The translations under genes were made by a program, and so were the position numbers. The notes under the pieces are model-generated. The model was given only the letters and a program-made list of their open reading frames with translations. It was not told where the DNA came from and ran no database searches. DNA of 64,000 bases, from positions 62,001 to 126,000 of the forward strand of contig NW_019029021.1 in NCBI RefSeq assembly GCF_002105155.1, read 5' to 3'. Below are positions 14,133-25,564 of the stretch, one piece after another. Within the stretch, counting starts at the first letter, position 1. The number at the start of each line of letters is the position of its first letter. Source of the DNA: Lobosporangium transversale. Its lineage: Eukaryota.

Positions 14133-14567
14133 ATGTCCGAAGTTCATCTGACCAGAGACAGAAAGTGGTATTTAGATGCCAGGCATGCAATTCTTGAACA
14201 GCAACAAGCAATAGCTAGACGTGAAGTGCAGGCAGATGAAAGTGTCGAAATACTTCAAGAGATGATGAAGGACTGGGAGCGAAAAATCCGAAACTTTCTG
14301 CATTACGAGAGTCGTTTACAGTCGATCCAAGAGGCTATCGATGTCTTTGATAGCTCTCAAATGCCCCCTACCGTGGTGGAAATCCAAGGAGCCTTGCGAA
14401 TCGCCAAGGCCCGAGGTGCAAGTGGAACGATTGCATCCCGAAGAGAAATGCTGCAGTACTGCACGATCCTTGTGTGGGATCTGATCTTTCTGAGAGCAGA
14501 ATGTCGCAGGAAGGTAGAGTGCTTGCAGAAAGATTTGCAAACCCTAGAAGCCACCCAACGTCGCTGA
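14133..14567 (+). CDS. Orphan coiled-coil-like protein, about 144 aa
   Basis: In-frame ATG at 14133 (MSEVHLTRDRKW) with charged heptad-like sequence. Confidence 0.6.
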   Translation: MSEVHLTRDRKWYLDARHAILEQQQAIARREVQADESVEILQEMMKDWERKIRNFLHYESRLQSIQEAIDVFDSSQMPPTVVEIQGALRIAKARGASGTIASRREMLQYCTILVWDLIFLRAECRRKVECLQKDLQTLEATQRR

Positions 14568-15025
14568 GGATCCTTTTGGGCTCTAAAAAAATGAAAATGG
14601 CTTTCGCATTTAAATAAAGCTTTCTATACTTCGAAGTTGATGGAGCAGACGTCAGTAAAATAGACTTTCTCACTGAATCTTTGTTGCATCCTTACCCTGT
14701 GAGATTAAAAAAGATTAAAAAAAAAAAAAAAAAAAAAAAAAGCCCTTAGGGCAACTGTGGCTCAAATTCTAACGGACCATGTTAATAAGTACGCGCACGA
14801 GCACGTTGTGGTTGAATTTAAGGTTTCGGGTCTAATTCTGAGAACGAACCCAATCGAGACACAGCCTTGAATCGTATTTGCTGTTGTGCACAGATTGCAT
14901 AAATACCAAAGGGCTCCTAATATTTTTAATTCTTTTTATCACGAAGTGGATCATCTTTTTTCTTTTTTGTGCTCTCGCCCACATTTTCTCCTATATCGAG
15001 CAAATAACCCGAATAGCCACCTAGC

Positions 15026-16372
15026 ATGGTCCCTTTTCCCCTAGCGAGGATGTCTCCACAGAGAGTAAGCCATTCGTCCATCACTTCTGTTGCCAAAACT
15101 GTGCCGCTACTGACAACGTCATCAATAACAGTAACAGCCACAGCAACATCAGCGGCAGCAGCAGCAGAAACAGCTTTATCATCTTTATCATCAGCATTAT
15201 CAACAACATCAACCTCCTCGCAGAGAACAACAGCAGCAACAAAGCAGCCTTACTCATATTCCACGATGATTCCAGTCGTTTCCAACCATTTCCCTTGTTC
15301 ACACCAAGGCGCAGAAGCCCAACAAGACTATCGTTTTGAGGATACCCAGCTTACATACCATTCAAATCGTCAACGCATACACATACTCAAGACTCACGTG
15401 GATTCATTATGCTTCTGGCCAGAGGGGGCTTCCATGATGGGTATCCAAATCCTAAAGACGATTGATGGGACAGCAAAAGAAGATGTGTCTATTTTCACTA
15501 CTGGGAGCTATGGAGATAGTAATGGCGGAGATACAAAACATCATCCTCACAAAGGCTTTAGTCCACAATGCTCTATTCAGCACGAAAAAGCATTCCCTCA
15601 TGAGAAGCATCCCCACCAATACCCTACATTCAGCCCTCCTGCCCAGAGCAGCCTCCTCAAGCGCTCTTTTGGAAAACTTTTTAGGAAAGTAGTGAGCCCA
15701 CTACCCCTTCTACAATTTACCACAACTTCACCGCCATCACTGCCACCACCGCCATCACCACAACCTCGACAACTACGACCGGTACAAATACCACCGCGCC
15801 CTCCTAGGCCCACAAGTCTAGATGTAAACTTATATACAACGGCCATACCAACAAAGGTATTCCGTGATGGCACTGTCTCACTTGTCGATCGACGAATGTA
15901 TCGTCGAGCAAAAGCTGTCCATGGCATCCGAAACCGAGCAGCTGACACCAGAGTTGAAACTGGGTTCGATGGGGGAACTATAAGGGGCGACGGCATAAAA
16001 AAGTCATCAATACTGAGGTCCATGGCCCAGGCCATCTCTCAGGCAACAGCGAGGGCGAGTAGAGTGCTAACGTTGAAACGACAGCAGTCCTCATACTCTC
16101 TTCGTCAAGTATTTCCCTTTTCCACTACTTCTTTCTCTGTCTCATCTTCATCACCTATGTCACCTTCATCCCCTTCCGCTCCTTTGTTACCTGAAAGTAC
16201 CATCAGCCTTGAGAATGATATTCAGGATTTGGAAAAAGGCGCTGTCGCCGAAGATACTGATCTAGATGAAAGTTATGATATGGAAATGTGTTGTCCGGTT
16301 TCAGTCAAAAATAAGAGCATATTACGTATAGGCACTAAAACGATCCTGAAGAACGTAAGGCAATCTCCATGA
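15026..16372 (+). CDS. Hypothetical Ser/Thr/Pro-rich protein
   Basis: 448-codon ORF, low complexity, no recognisable domain. Confidence 0.6.
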   Translation: MVPFPLARMSPQRVSHSSITSVAKTVPLLTTSSITVTATATSAAAAAETALSSLSSALSTTSTSSQRTTAATKQPYSYSTMIPVVSNHFPCSHQGAEAQQDYRFEDTQLTYHSNRQRIHILKTHVDSLCFWPEGASMMGIQILKTIDGTAKEDVSIFTTGSYGDSNGGDTKHHPHKGFSPQCSIQHEKAFPHEKHPHQYPTFSPPAQSSLLKRSFGKLFRKVVSPLPLLQFTTTSPPSLPPPPSPQPRQLRPVQIPPRPPRPTSLDVNLYTTAIPTKVFRDGTVSLVDRRMYRRAKAVHGIRNRAADTRVETGFDGGTIRGDGIKKSSILRSMAQAISQATARASRVLTLKRQQSSYSLRQVFPFSTTSFSVSSSSPMSPSSPSAPLLPESTISLENDIQDLEKGAVAEDTDLDESYDMEMCCPVSVKNKSILRIGTKTILKNVRQSP

Positions 16373-16674
16373 TTGAGAGTAGAATTGGATATAAATACAA
16401 GGGAAACCCAGGTAGCTCCCAGACAAGATCGCCCTAGTTATATTATCGACGAGTACTGTAATCACGAGACCTAGGGACCTCAGAGTCTTCAGAAGGTTTC
16501 TCTTTGACTCGGTAGATCATTGCCACACATGAGTACTGTAGTCGAAGCAGATGTAAATAGCTATAATAAAATATCCATTTTTCTGGAGATACCTGAACAT
16601 ATACGAGTCATTTTAATATTCAACTATGTATATAATAATAATATCTATGCTCTACGTCTTTTTAAGATAATACA

Positions 16675-17540
16675 TTATTGATCAAGGTTTAACAACGCAC
16701 CCCCTATTTGCTTTTCCAGTAATTGCTCTTGCTCCTTCTTTTTTTGATTCATCAGCTCCTCTTCTTCAGGAGTTTTCTTTGTGTTTTGTTTGAATGAGAA
16801 GCCTGTCTCGGAGACCAGTGCGAATACACCGCCTTTTTCCTTCACCATTTTCATCTCTTCATCCCTCTTTGTCAAAACTAAGCCAGCAAATCCAAGTGAA
16901 TTTATATTGATGGAGATGCCAGAGATAGCGTCCGGGTATGGGTTTGTAGCCTCCTGACGCCTTGGAACGATCATCATGAATTTAGAAGTCAAAAGCCAAT
17001 TGTAAGAAACTTTAGACGTAACTTGGCGCTGCTCGTCCTCTGAGAGACCTTCCTGCTCTGCATATTCACGCAATGACGTGTGCATGGCATCCATGAGTGA
17101 TATATAAGCGTCAAGAAGCACATCCTCTTGGCTTTTATTTGTGGCAGCAGGGTCCTGGAGAAGAGTGATATGATTGATGCAATTGAATGGAGCTGAAAAC
17201 ATGTCGCCTGCAAAATCGTGAGGAACAGATGATTAGCATCCAGGTTTTATACTTAGATGTCAGTAACAATATTAAAAAGCTAGTTCTTACACTGCATGCT
17301 TACCTGGACGCTTTTCCTTCCTGCCAGGTTGAGCTTTAGCAAGATTACGGACAAGGGCCGCAATGGGTGCAGGACGATCAAGTGGAATGACTTGCATATG
17401 CTTGTGCGGCTGACTGGCACCAGAACGCGCCCCACAGTTGTAGAAAGCGACAGCGTCACCAGGACACTTGACAGCATTCAATGCTCCCCAGACCGCAAGT
17501 AGGTCGTTGGGCGAGAGAGGATCCGTTTGTTTCTGAAAGT

Positions 17541-17576
<36 letters not shown>

Positions 17577-18181
17577 ATAAAATAAAATAAAATAAACAGG
17601 AAGTTAACGCGTTAAGACATTGCTCCATGCTAAGTTTTGCTTCGATTAATGTATATTTATACCTTTTGTCACGACAAGGAAGTGCCTGGGGACAACACAA
17701 AATTTGTTCAGGAGGGCCATATGCTCTTCCCCAATATCCATGACAAAGAGTGTAGGGTCATGAGGTAGGAATGGGTTGGACTTTTTTTCGACCTTGGGGG
17801 TAGCCGGCCGCGATTCTGCTTCAGGGACTACGCCTTGAGGCTTCAATGCCAACGCAGGTGCATAAGCAATCTCACACTTGATTGAGCAAGTTTCAATAAT
17901 AAAAAGTAAACAATTTAGTTAATTAGCCGAAAAAAGCCATTCATAAAGATATTCAGATCCGATGAGGTTCTGTTAAAGATGCGGAACAAATTGGACCTTC
18001 TATTCCTCTTTCAAAACAAAGCGTTATTAATTAGGCGAGTCATGTTGTAACTTACAAGGATATCATATTCAGTTTCCTGGGACATATGGGTATCCGTGGT
18101 AGTGAAAATAAGGCTGCCGGACTCCTTTGCAGAGTTGTAGACAGAGGTCAGCCGTGAGTCAAAGTCTTCAGGAAATAACAT
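16675..18181 (-). CDS. Ap4A phosphorylase / ATP adenylyltransferase (APA1/APA2 family), 4 exons
   Basis: Exons 18181-18056, 17876-17663, 17540-17304, 17207-16675. Motifs NPFLPHDP, LLNKFCVVPRHFLVVTK, FYNCGARSGASQPHKHMQ (HxHxQ), SYNWLLT, ININSLGFAG. Confidence 0.93.
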
Positions 18182-18886
18182 GATTTTGAGGAATGTTGAA
18201 ATGAAGAGTGGAGAGTGAGGGGAGAAGAGAGTGGAGAAGAGAGTGAGGGAGCAAGTGCGAATGAGGAATAAGAAATGAGGGATGAATGTCATGTTCGTTG
18301 TTGTACTATTTTCCCGCGCTATGCTCTTGGAAGTCACGTCATGATTTTACATGGGCAACAACAATACTTCACCAACATGGCTTTCCAGTACACATGTACC
18401 ATGAAGTATTGGCCGCTAAAGCCGACATGTAGGTGTAACGTCTTTCTATTTTAGCAGCTTGATTGGGGGAGATATTAATGGATCTTTTAATGGCTGCTTT
18501 CATGTTCTCGACTTTTGAGTTCTGAAGTAGGTCAGATTAGAGATTTCCCATTACTCTACCTTGTTAAGTGGTCCGCACCATTCATCGATATTCAACGCCA
18601 TGATATTATTGTGATTGATTGCACAAGACGGGTGAACATGTCTGTTCTCAGATCTGTGCCACAAAAAATAATGTCACAGTCCATTGAACCCTGTTCGTTT
18701 TGTTTCTAATTTTATATCTTTAGTCTTTACTGCTCAATTTATTGAATGCCTTTTATTTCACCCCTTTCATTCCATTCATCATCGCTTCATCATCTCATCT
18801 TGCATACATCAATCGATCGTATAGCAGTATTTGTGTCATCACTGCCACCAGTGCTCTTATCCACATTATCATAGATAAACACCACC

Positions 18887-20692
18887 ATGGCCCATCATAG
18901 CACATACAGCGCCGTTGAGATCGATGATGACGAGGTATTGCCCTGTTCTCACTCCTGTTCTTCGTCTTTTTCTCTTCATTAAACAGTCAATAAGTGTTAA
19001 AGGGTTAGATTGCTATATACGAGTAGAATTGGAAGGTTAATCCTTTTTTTGCAATATTGCTTTTTTTTTCCCTCTGATCGCGAATCCATAGCTGAACAAT
19101 GCTACTGAGCTTCAATTCCAAAGTACGCTTTCTTTTATTGATGCCTCTACCAAGATCAAAAGCTTTCTACGAAATAGCATCTCATTCGCGGTGTACATAT
19201 CAAAGATCGCGACAAGGAACATGAATGCCTTCAAACGCGATGCACAAACATATCAATGGAAGGGATTTAAACTACTAATCTATAGATCGATATACGTGGT
19301 AGTGTCTAGAACGATTAACATTGATCAGGACGGCATCCTTCAGCACAACAGTGATCATATTTATCGCAGCACGCCGAATGGCCATATCAAATTGATAAAT
19401 TGCTCAAAGAAGACAGGAGCCTTCTGATTCCTCAGACCTTCCAGCATGTCGCTAATTCCTTTTCTCTCTTTCTCTCTCTTGCTCTCTTCCCATTGCGTTG
19501 TATGAATATAGACTTTTCTTCAGATTCTCGCACCACTGCTCCAACAGGGAATATCTCTTCACCACCCACAAATGCATCACAGCCACGCTCAGCTGGTAAG
19601 TTGGAGACCACTCGAATGAATTCATTAAGTGTTTGTTTTCAAGAGATAGAAAGTCAAACTACATCAATGAATTGACATCTATTATATCTGTCAAACCTAT
19701 AGGTTTTGGATCGTCAGGGATCTTTAATCCCAGTCAAGCTGATACACGGGAACAGGATACAGGCAGATCGATCTGGTCTGCCGCATATTACCAAAGATTC
19801 TTTGACGTCGACACTTCTCAGGTACGTCGTTTCAATATTTCAACCATAAGCGGCAATCAACTTTCAACAATATACCTTATATCAACTCTATGTATGCTGA
19901 TAAAAAATATCATTTTCGTTTCAACATGTTGTACAGGTCATGGAACGCCTCTTTGCAAGTGTTGTACCAAAGGACAATTTTTTGGAAGTGATGGGTGGTA
20001 GTCCCGATCTCTATGGTAAGAGTCTACAAAATGCAAAGTGACAGTGAATTTTTTTTTTTTTTGTAGAGACGCAGTACTGATCATTTCTATATTGGCTTAT
20101 GACATATTATTTCTTTTTCTTAGGACCTTTCTGGGTCGCAACGACAGTCATTTTTGTGTTATTTGTCACCGGGTCAATCGTGGATTCAATTAATGCTTAC
20201 CTTAGCGGAGCTACTTACTCCTACGATATTTTTCAGATGACTTTTGCATTCGGCACTATCTATACTTACGCATTCTTAGTTCCACTTATGGTCTGGGGAG
20301 CAACGAAGTACTTTGGCTGTCAACCAGATCTCTTGGAAATGCTGGCGCTATATGGATATGCGCTCACAATTTGGATCCCTGTTTCAATCCTGTCAGTAAT
20401 CCCAATTGAGCTGGCTCGATGGATCTTGTTAGGCATTGGAGCAGGTCTATCGGGAGTGTTCTTGATCAGGAACATGTACCCAGTACTGTCCAGAGCCGAG
20501 GCACAGATCGCCAAAATCATCTTGATTCTGGTCATTATCTTTCACGGTGTTCTAGCTTTGCTCTTGAAATATAGATTCTTTGCATACAATGTTAGCATTG
20601 CACCACCTGGTACTCCTGCACCCGAGCCTTCACCTTCACCTTTACCTTCACCTTTACCTTCACCTTCACCGACGCCCTCACCTTCAGCTTAA
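18887..20692 (+). CDS. Yip1-domain membrane protein (YIPF1/2-like), about 6 exons
   Basis: The spliced product contains WSAAYYQRFFDVDTSQV and PDLY-GPFWVATT, then five hydrophobic helices and a C-terminal SP-rich tail. Exon boundaries are GT-AG. Confidence 0.88.
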
Positions 20693-20840
20693 TTAAAATA
20701 TGGCTAATGTGATCAAAATTCATATTACAAAAGCGCAAATAAAATACACCCCGTGACTGATCAGTAAAAAAAAAGTTCGTCAATGTTGTCTTTTAGTAAT
20801 TCATCATTGTACAAATAAGACTAACATTTCCTTTTCATCC

Positions 20841-22598
20841 ATGAGCAACTCTGGCCAAAATGAAATACCACAGCCAATTCACCCATTGCTGCTGCCAGAG
20901 ATTCTCGTCCTTATTGGCCCTCATCTCAGCCAAGCAACTGTTTTGCAGTGCGTCCTTGTCTGTAGTATATGGAATGTCTACCTGACGCCCTTTCTCTTTC
21001 AGCGTGTCAATTTGCCCAAGCGAAAGCAGCTTTCTCTGAGCGGCAGTGGCAAGCGAGCTTCACGTCCCATGATATCAGCTTTACAACGTAATGGCTCCAA
21101 CATACAAACCTTAATCTGCGCTGATAATAATACTATCCTACGCCAGATCATACCCTACTGCAACGCAATCGAGACTCTGGTGCTGGCCAAGATTACGACT
21201 GAGGTGGTCTCTATCTTGAGGCACTGCAAAGAGACGCTTACACAACTGGAGTTTACACCTGCTGCACGGCCCTCAGCTTCACTCCCTCTCCCAACATCGT
21301 CCTCCTCTCCAGCCTCGCTTTCTCCATTATCATCAGCACCATTACATTTCAGGACATCTTCATTTAGCAGCACTATTCCGCGACTGTTATGGACAGAGTC
21401 TAATGAGATATTAGAAGCTATTCTCCAGCTTTCAAAGCTTAAGCACCTTGTTTTAAGTTTCCTAGGGCTCAGAACTGCCGAACAGCTGACACCATTTTTC
21501 CAGTTTTGTCAACAGCATCTCGAATCATTAGAACTTCACAATACTGCTGTATTCGGGTGCTCGCCTAAGCCCATGGAATTCAACAAACTGCGATCGTTAT
21601 GCTTAGTAGAAAGCACCATGAGTTATCAAGCCCAAGCATTATTAGTGGTACAGTGTCCTTATCTTAAGCATATTACTTGGATTAGTAGCCAGTTTGTTAT
21701 ACCAATGAGCATAATAGGAGGGATCCGGAGGGGCGACAATCAAGAGGATCAATATAGTCAGAGTGGTCACGATGATAGGCGGGCGAATTTAAAGAGCCTA
21801 GAGATCTCGAACGGGATTGCTCTGGATGAAGACATAGCCTGTGCGCTAGAACGACTACCATCCTTGGAAACGATTTTGGTCCGAGAAAGTCTATTTGGGT
21901 CGCTTTGTTTACAAATTGTGTTAAAGTATCTACAGAATCAAATCCAAGTAATTGATGTTGCAGATTGTAAGGCCGTGACGCCTGAGATGGTGTGTATGAT
22001 GATGCTATCATGCCCAGCGTTAAAAAGCCTAACAGCGGATCGGATACGGGCCATGGATGTGATTGAGTTGTCGCCTACATCATCGCCGGCGCCAGCTGTA
22101 TGGCTCTCATCACCGTTGCCAACGTCACCTTCGCTTCAACAAAGGCGGCAAGAGTGGGTGTGTCATGGACTGGAAGAATTACGTGTCGTTTTTGTGGGAC
22201 CATCTTTATTGACACCGTACGAGACACAACATGCAATCTACAATCAAATCGCTAAATTGAGAAACCTGCGGCTCTTGAGTCTCGGACGCAATGCATCTAC
22301 ATCGTCCTACTCGGTCAAATCAGTATTAGATTTAACCCTGACAAATGGACTGACACAACTAGCACCATTGAGAGAGCTGCAGGAGTTTGACTTTTGCCAA
22401 ATGTACCATAAGATGGGAATGGATGAATACAAATTTATGTTGAAGAATTGGCCTAAGCTAGAGGTAATGCATGGGTACCTTCACACAGATAGTGACCGAG
22501 CAGCATTTGTAGAGAGTTTTCTGCAGAATGAGCGCCCAGGGATTAGACTGAAGCATAACCTTAAATATAAACGCACTCTGACACGAACAGTTTGCTAA
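20841..22598 (+). CDS. F-box/LRR (RNI-like) protein
   Basis: N-terminal HPLLLPEILVLIGPHL...CVLVCSIWN F-box-like motif, then LRR-like segments, WVCHGLEEL and GLTQLAPLRELQEF. Confidence 0.85.
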   Translation: MSNSGQNEIPQPIHPLLLPEILVLIGPHLSQATVLQCVLVCSIWNVYLTPFLFQRVNLPKRKQLSLSGSGKRASRPMISALQRNGSNIQTLICADNNTILRQIIPYCNAIETLVLAKITTEVVSILRHCKETLTQLEFTPAARPSASLPLPTSSSSPASLSPLSSAPLHFRTSSFSSTIPRLLWTESNEILEAILQLSKLKHLVLSFLGLRTAEQLTPFFQFCQQHLESLELHNTAVFGCSPKPMEFNKLRSLCLVESTMSYQAQALLVVQCPYLKHITWISSQFVIPMSIIGGIRRGDNQEDQYSQSGHDDRRANLKSLEISNGIALDEDIACALERLPSLETILVRESLFGSLCLQIVLKYLQNQIQVIDVADCKAVTPEMVCMMMLSCPALKSLTADRIRAMDVIELSPTSSPAPAVWLSSPLPTSPSLQQRRQEWVCHGLEELRVVFVGPSLLTPYETQHAIYNQIAKLRNLRLLSLGRNASTSSYSVKSVLDLTLTNGLTQLAPLRELQEFDFCQMYHKMGMDEYKFMLKNWPKLEVMHGYLHTDSDRAAFVESFLQNERPGIRLKHNLKYKRTLTRTVC

Positions 22599-22800
22599 AC
22601 AAAAAAGGAAAGCGCCACAAATTTTCTTGGAAAAAAGCCTCTGTAACGTGCATAAAAAAAAACTTTTCTCTGTTGAACTGTTAGTCAGCTTGCTTCTATT
22701 CACTATCTACCTAGAGCTCGGCTTCATCTGCGCTTATTGGCATTCATTTGGATGCTACATCTCTCTTCTAAAACTGTACGACTGCATGCATTATCACATT

Positions 22801-25564
22801 ATGGAGAATACTGAAGATTCACAAGATTTATCCACTTGTCACACTTTCAGTCCTGATAACACCATTTCGTCACCTTTACTACCTATTACATCATCTTCAC
22901 CTGAATCTTTAAGCTCGAGTGGCGCAGATCACATACATGCAGATGTCTCAGATGTGCAATATCAGCATTCAACTCCAGGGCGAAATCCAAGTTTAGATCC
23001 ACCTTTTCATGGTGTACTAGCGAACCCAACCCATCCTAGCGTGGTCAAAAACGGAGTTGAAGGAAGCGAGCTGAAAAGGGGAGAAGAAGACAAAAGGGAA
23101 AACGGAGAAGGAAGCGAAGAGGAAGACGAAGAGGAAAGTGAAGAGGGAAGTGAGGAGGAAAGTGAGGAGGAAAGTGAGGAGGAAAGTGAGGAGGAAAGTG
23201 AGGAGGAAAGTGAGGAGGAAAGTGAGGAGGAAAGTGCAAAAGAGAGCGAAGAGAGCCAGGAAAGCGCAGAAGAAAGTGAAGACGATTATAGGCACTTCTC
23301 GTTACTAGACTGGATCCTGCCGTATAGGTTCTTTAAGAAAAGTGAACCAAAGAAGCAATATCGTTTCCCAGTCGCATTTAACAGGATTCATAATATCTCT
23401 TCATTGTTCTCAGAGGCTCGTGGGCTGACGCGTGATATGCACCCAACCCTGGGTTCGCTACCAAAGCAGCAGTCAACACAACGCCATGATGACTTAGAAT
23501 CGATGGATGCGGAGGGTGCTTCTGGCATGTTGTGGCAAGCAGAAGGAGACAGCGATGAAGAGAGCGATGGAGACTGTTCTAGCGAAAATGATGAAGAGAG
23601 CGAAAGCGATGATGGAAGCAACAACAGCAACAGTGATGAAGTATATAATGAATCAGTACACCAGAGCCTCAAGGAAGTTAACGACAAGTATGATGAAATG
23701 TACGGCAAAGCTCTTTCCACATATCCAGCTTCAACAAGACCAGGGGAAGAATACACAGATGAAGAAGAGGGAGCAGTTGTTGATGATGTTGAGTTTGATG
23801 ACGTTGAGCTTGATGATGTTGAGCCTGGTGACACGAAGGCTGCAATGCAATCCGAGGAGACAGTTAAAGCCAAGGATGAATCCGGCACATCTTCCTCCCC
23901 GGAGCAGCGGCGAATCCATTTTTTTGGTGGCCAAGATGAGGTTTGGGATATTCCTGATGTGAAGCAATATGAGCAAGAGAGTATGCCGATAGTATACCGC
24001 ATGATGAGCCCTTCTAAGATCAGGGTGTATGTGCTGGATAATCGAATGGGGGAACACGAATATGCGAGTTTGTACAGCGGCGTGAAGGGGCTTGGTGGCA
24101 AATGGCTAAGCCCTTTACCCTATAATAAGATCCGCTCCAAAAAGGCAGCTCGCAGAAACAGATGCAATCCGTGGCTTATCACGCACATTGTAACTGACCT
24201 GAACACGTATAGGGAAGTTATGACGTTTGTGCCGATTAGCCGTCTTAGGGTAAGGAAACCTTTTTTTATTAATTATCATTTTGTTTGTAGCTGTACTCAT
24301 CCATATCGTACGTCAAAGCAATGTGAATGATGGTTTTTAAAAGAAATGCGCTTAAACATTTTTTTTAAAATAAAAAACCAAGGTCAACATCATGATTGTT
24401 AGTACGACATGGCTTGAACGCACCATACGCGAAAAGAAGGCGATCGACCCACGACCCTACGCCATACTGAATCCCCGACCGCAAAAGGCGCTCAATGCTT
24501 CAAGCACGCCTAGGCCAAACCAGAGTGGAGCCAGCACTCCATTTTCCAATCCTTCTACCGACAATGATCGCAAGGAGCCACAGACCGCACACGGATGTGC
24601 TGATAAAGACACTACACAAAACGAGAGCTGCTTTACTCTTGAAGCTCAATATTCAGGTCATAATGCACCTGCAAGTCCAGCCGATTCCAAGCATAGCGCT
24701 ATATATACAGGCCTGGATACTCCAACGGACATGATAAAGCCCAGTTCCTCCAAAATCATCGATCTTACTGATTGTTACGGCGTCTCTGGCCCTATTGGCA
24801 AGGATGGCTGTAGCGATCATAACGGTGTGTTGTTTAATTTCGTTTCTCAAATAACCGCGGACCGATCCTCTCTCTCTCATGTACCGCCAATAGCTGAGGA
24901 CGATCGGCCCAAAAAGAAAACACGTCTTTCTAACCATGCACACACTTCACTAGCAACTTATGCATATTCAGCTGTCTCGACACCTACAACTGAAACCTCT
25001 ACAGCCATTTCCAAGGCTACTGTAGATGAGAAACCTGTGACAGCTCCAGCAATGCCATTGCCATCTGATCGATCTAAAGTGTCTGATTGCCCTAGTGCTC
25101 CAAGTAGGCCAGCCCAAAATGATCAAGATCGGTCTCAGTTATCTGTGGGCAGCGCCTCTAAAACCGATGAATCCTACAGGGACGGCAAGCATCCTTTGGA
25201 ATGGCTCCTTAGTCAATCGTTCCCATCTTTAATACTTGAAGATATCTTTGAACAGGCCTCTGAATTTGTTCGTGCAGGGATTGATGCGCTAATGTCGAAG
25301 AGACAGAGTTCTGTGAATCTTTTAAATATGACAGCTACAGATATCCACACGTGGAGCAATGATGAACAACCAGAGGGCTACTCATCCCGGAAAGCGGAGA
25401 GCGAAAGCATTTATAGCTCGGATGTGTCGGGATATGGGGCCAAGAGATGCAGAACAATCTCTGGACATAATAGTGACGACAATGAGCAAGAGCTGAACCA
25501 GGCACGCAAGGTCCACATTTCGGAATCGCTGCTGAGTAGGATGAGGAGCTCAGAATCTGTTTAA
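22801..25564 (+). CDS. Acidic, disordered protein with a central BRCT-like domain, 2 exons
   Basis: Intron 24250-24382 (GTAAGG...AAG) joins the two ORFs in frame. RVYVL...VKGLGG...THIVT...IVSTTWLERTIREKKAIDPRPY resembles a BRCT domain. Confidence 0.7.
23131..23236 (+). repeat. Coding 12-bp tandem repeat (GAGGAAAGTGAG)n encoding (EESE)n
   Basis: Directly visible, about 8-9 units. Confidence 0.95.

Noticed and set aside
23017..24101. Antisense ORFs with FPPH/FLLT repeats
   Set aside because: Shadows of the Glu/Ser-rich plus-strand gene.
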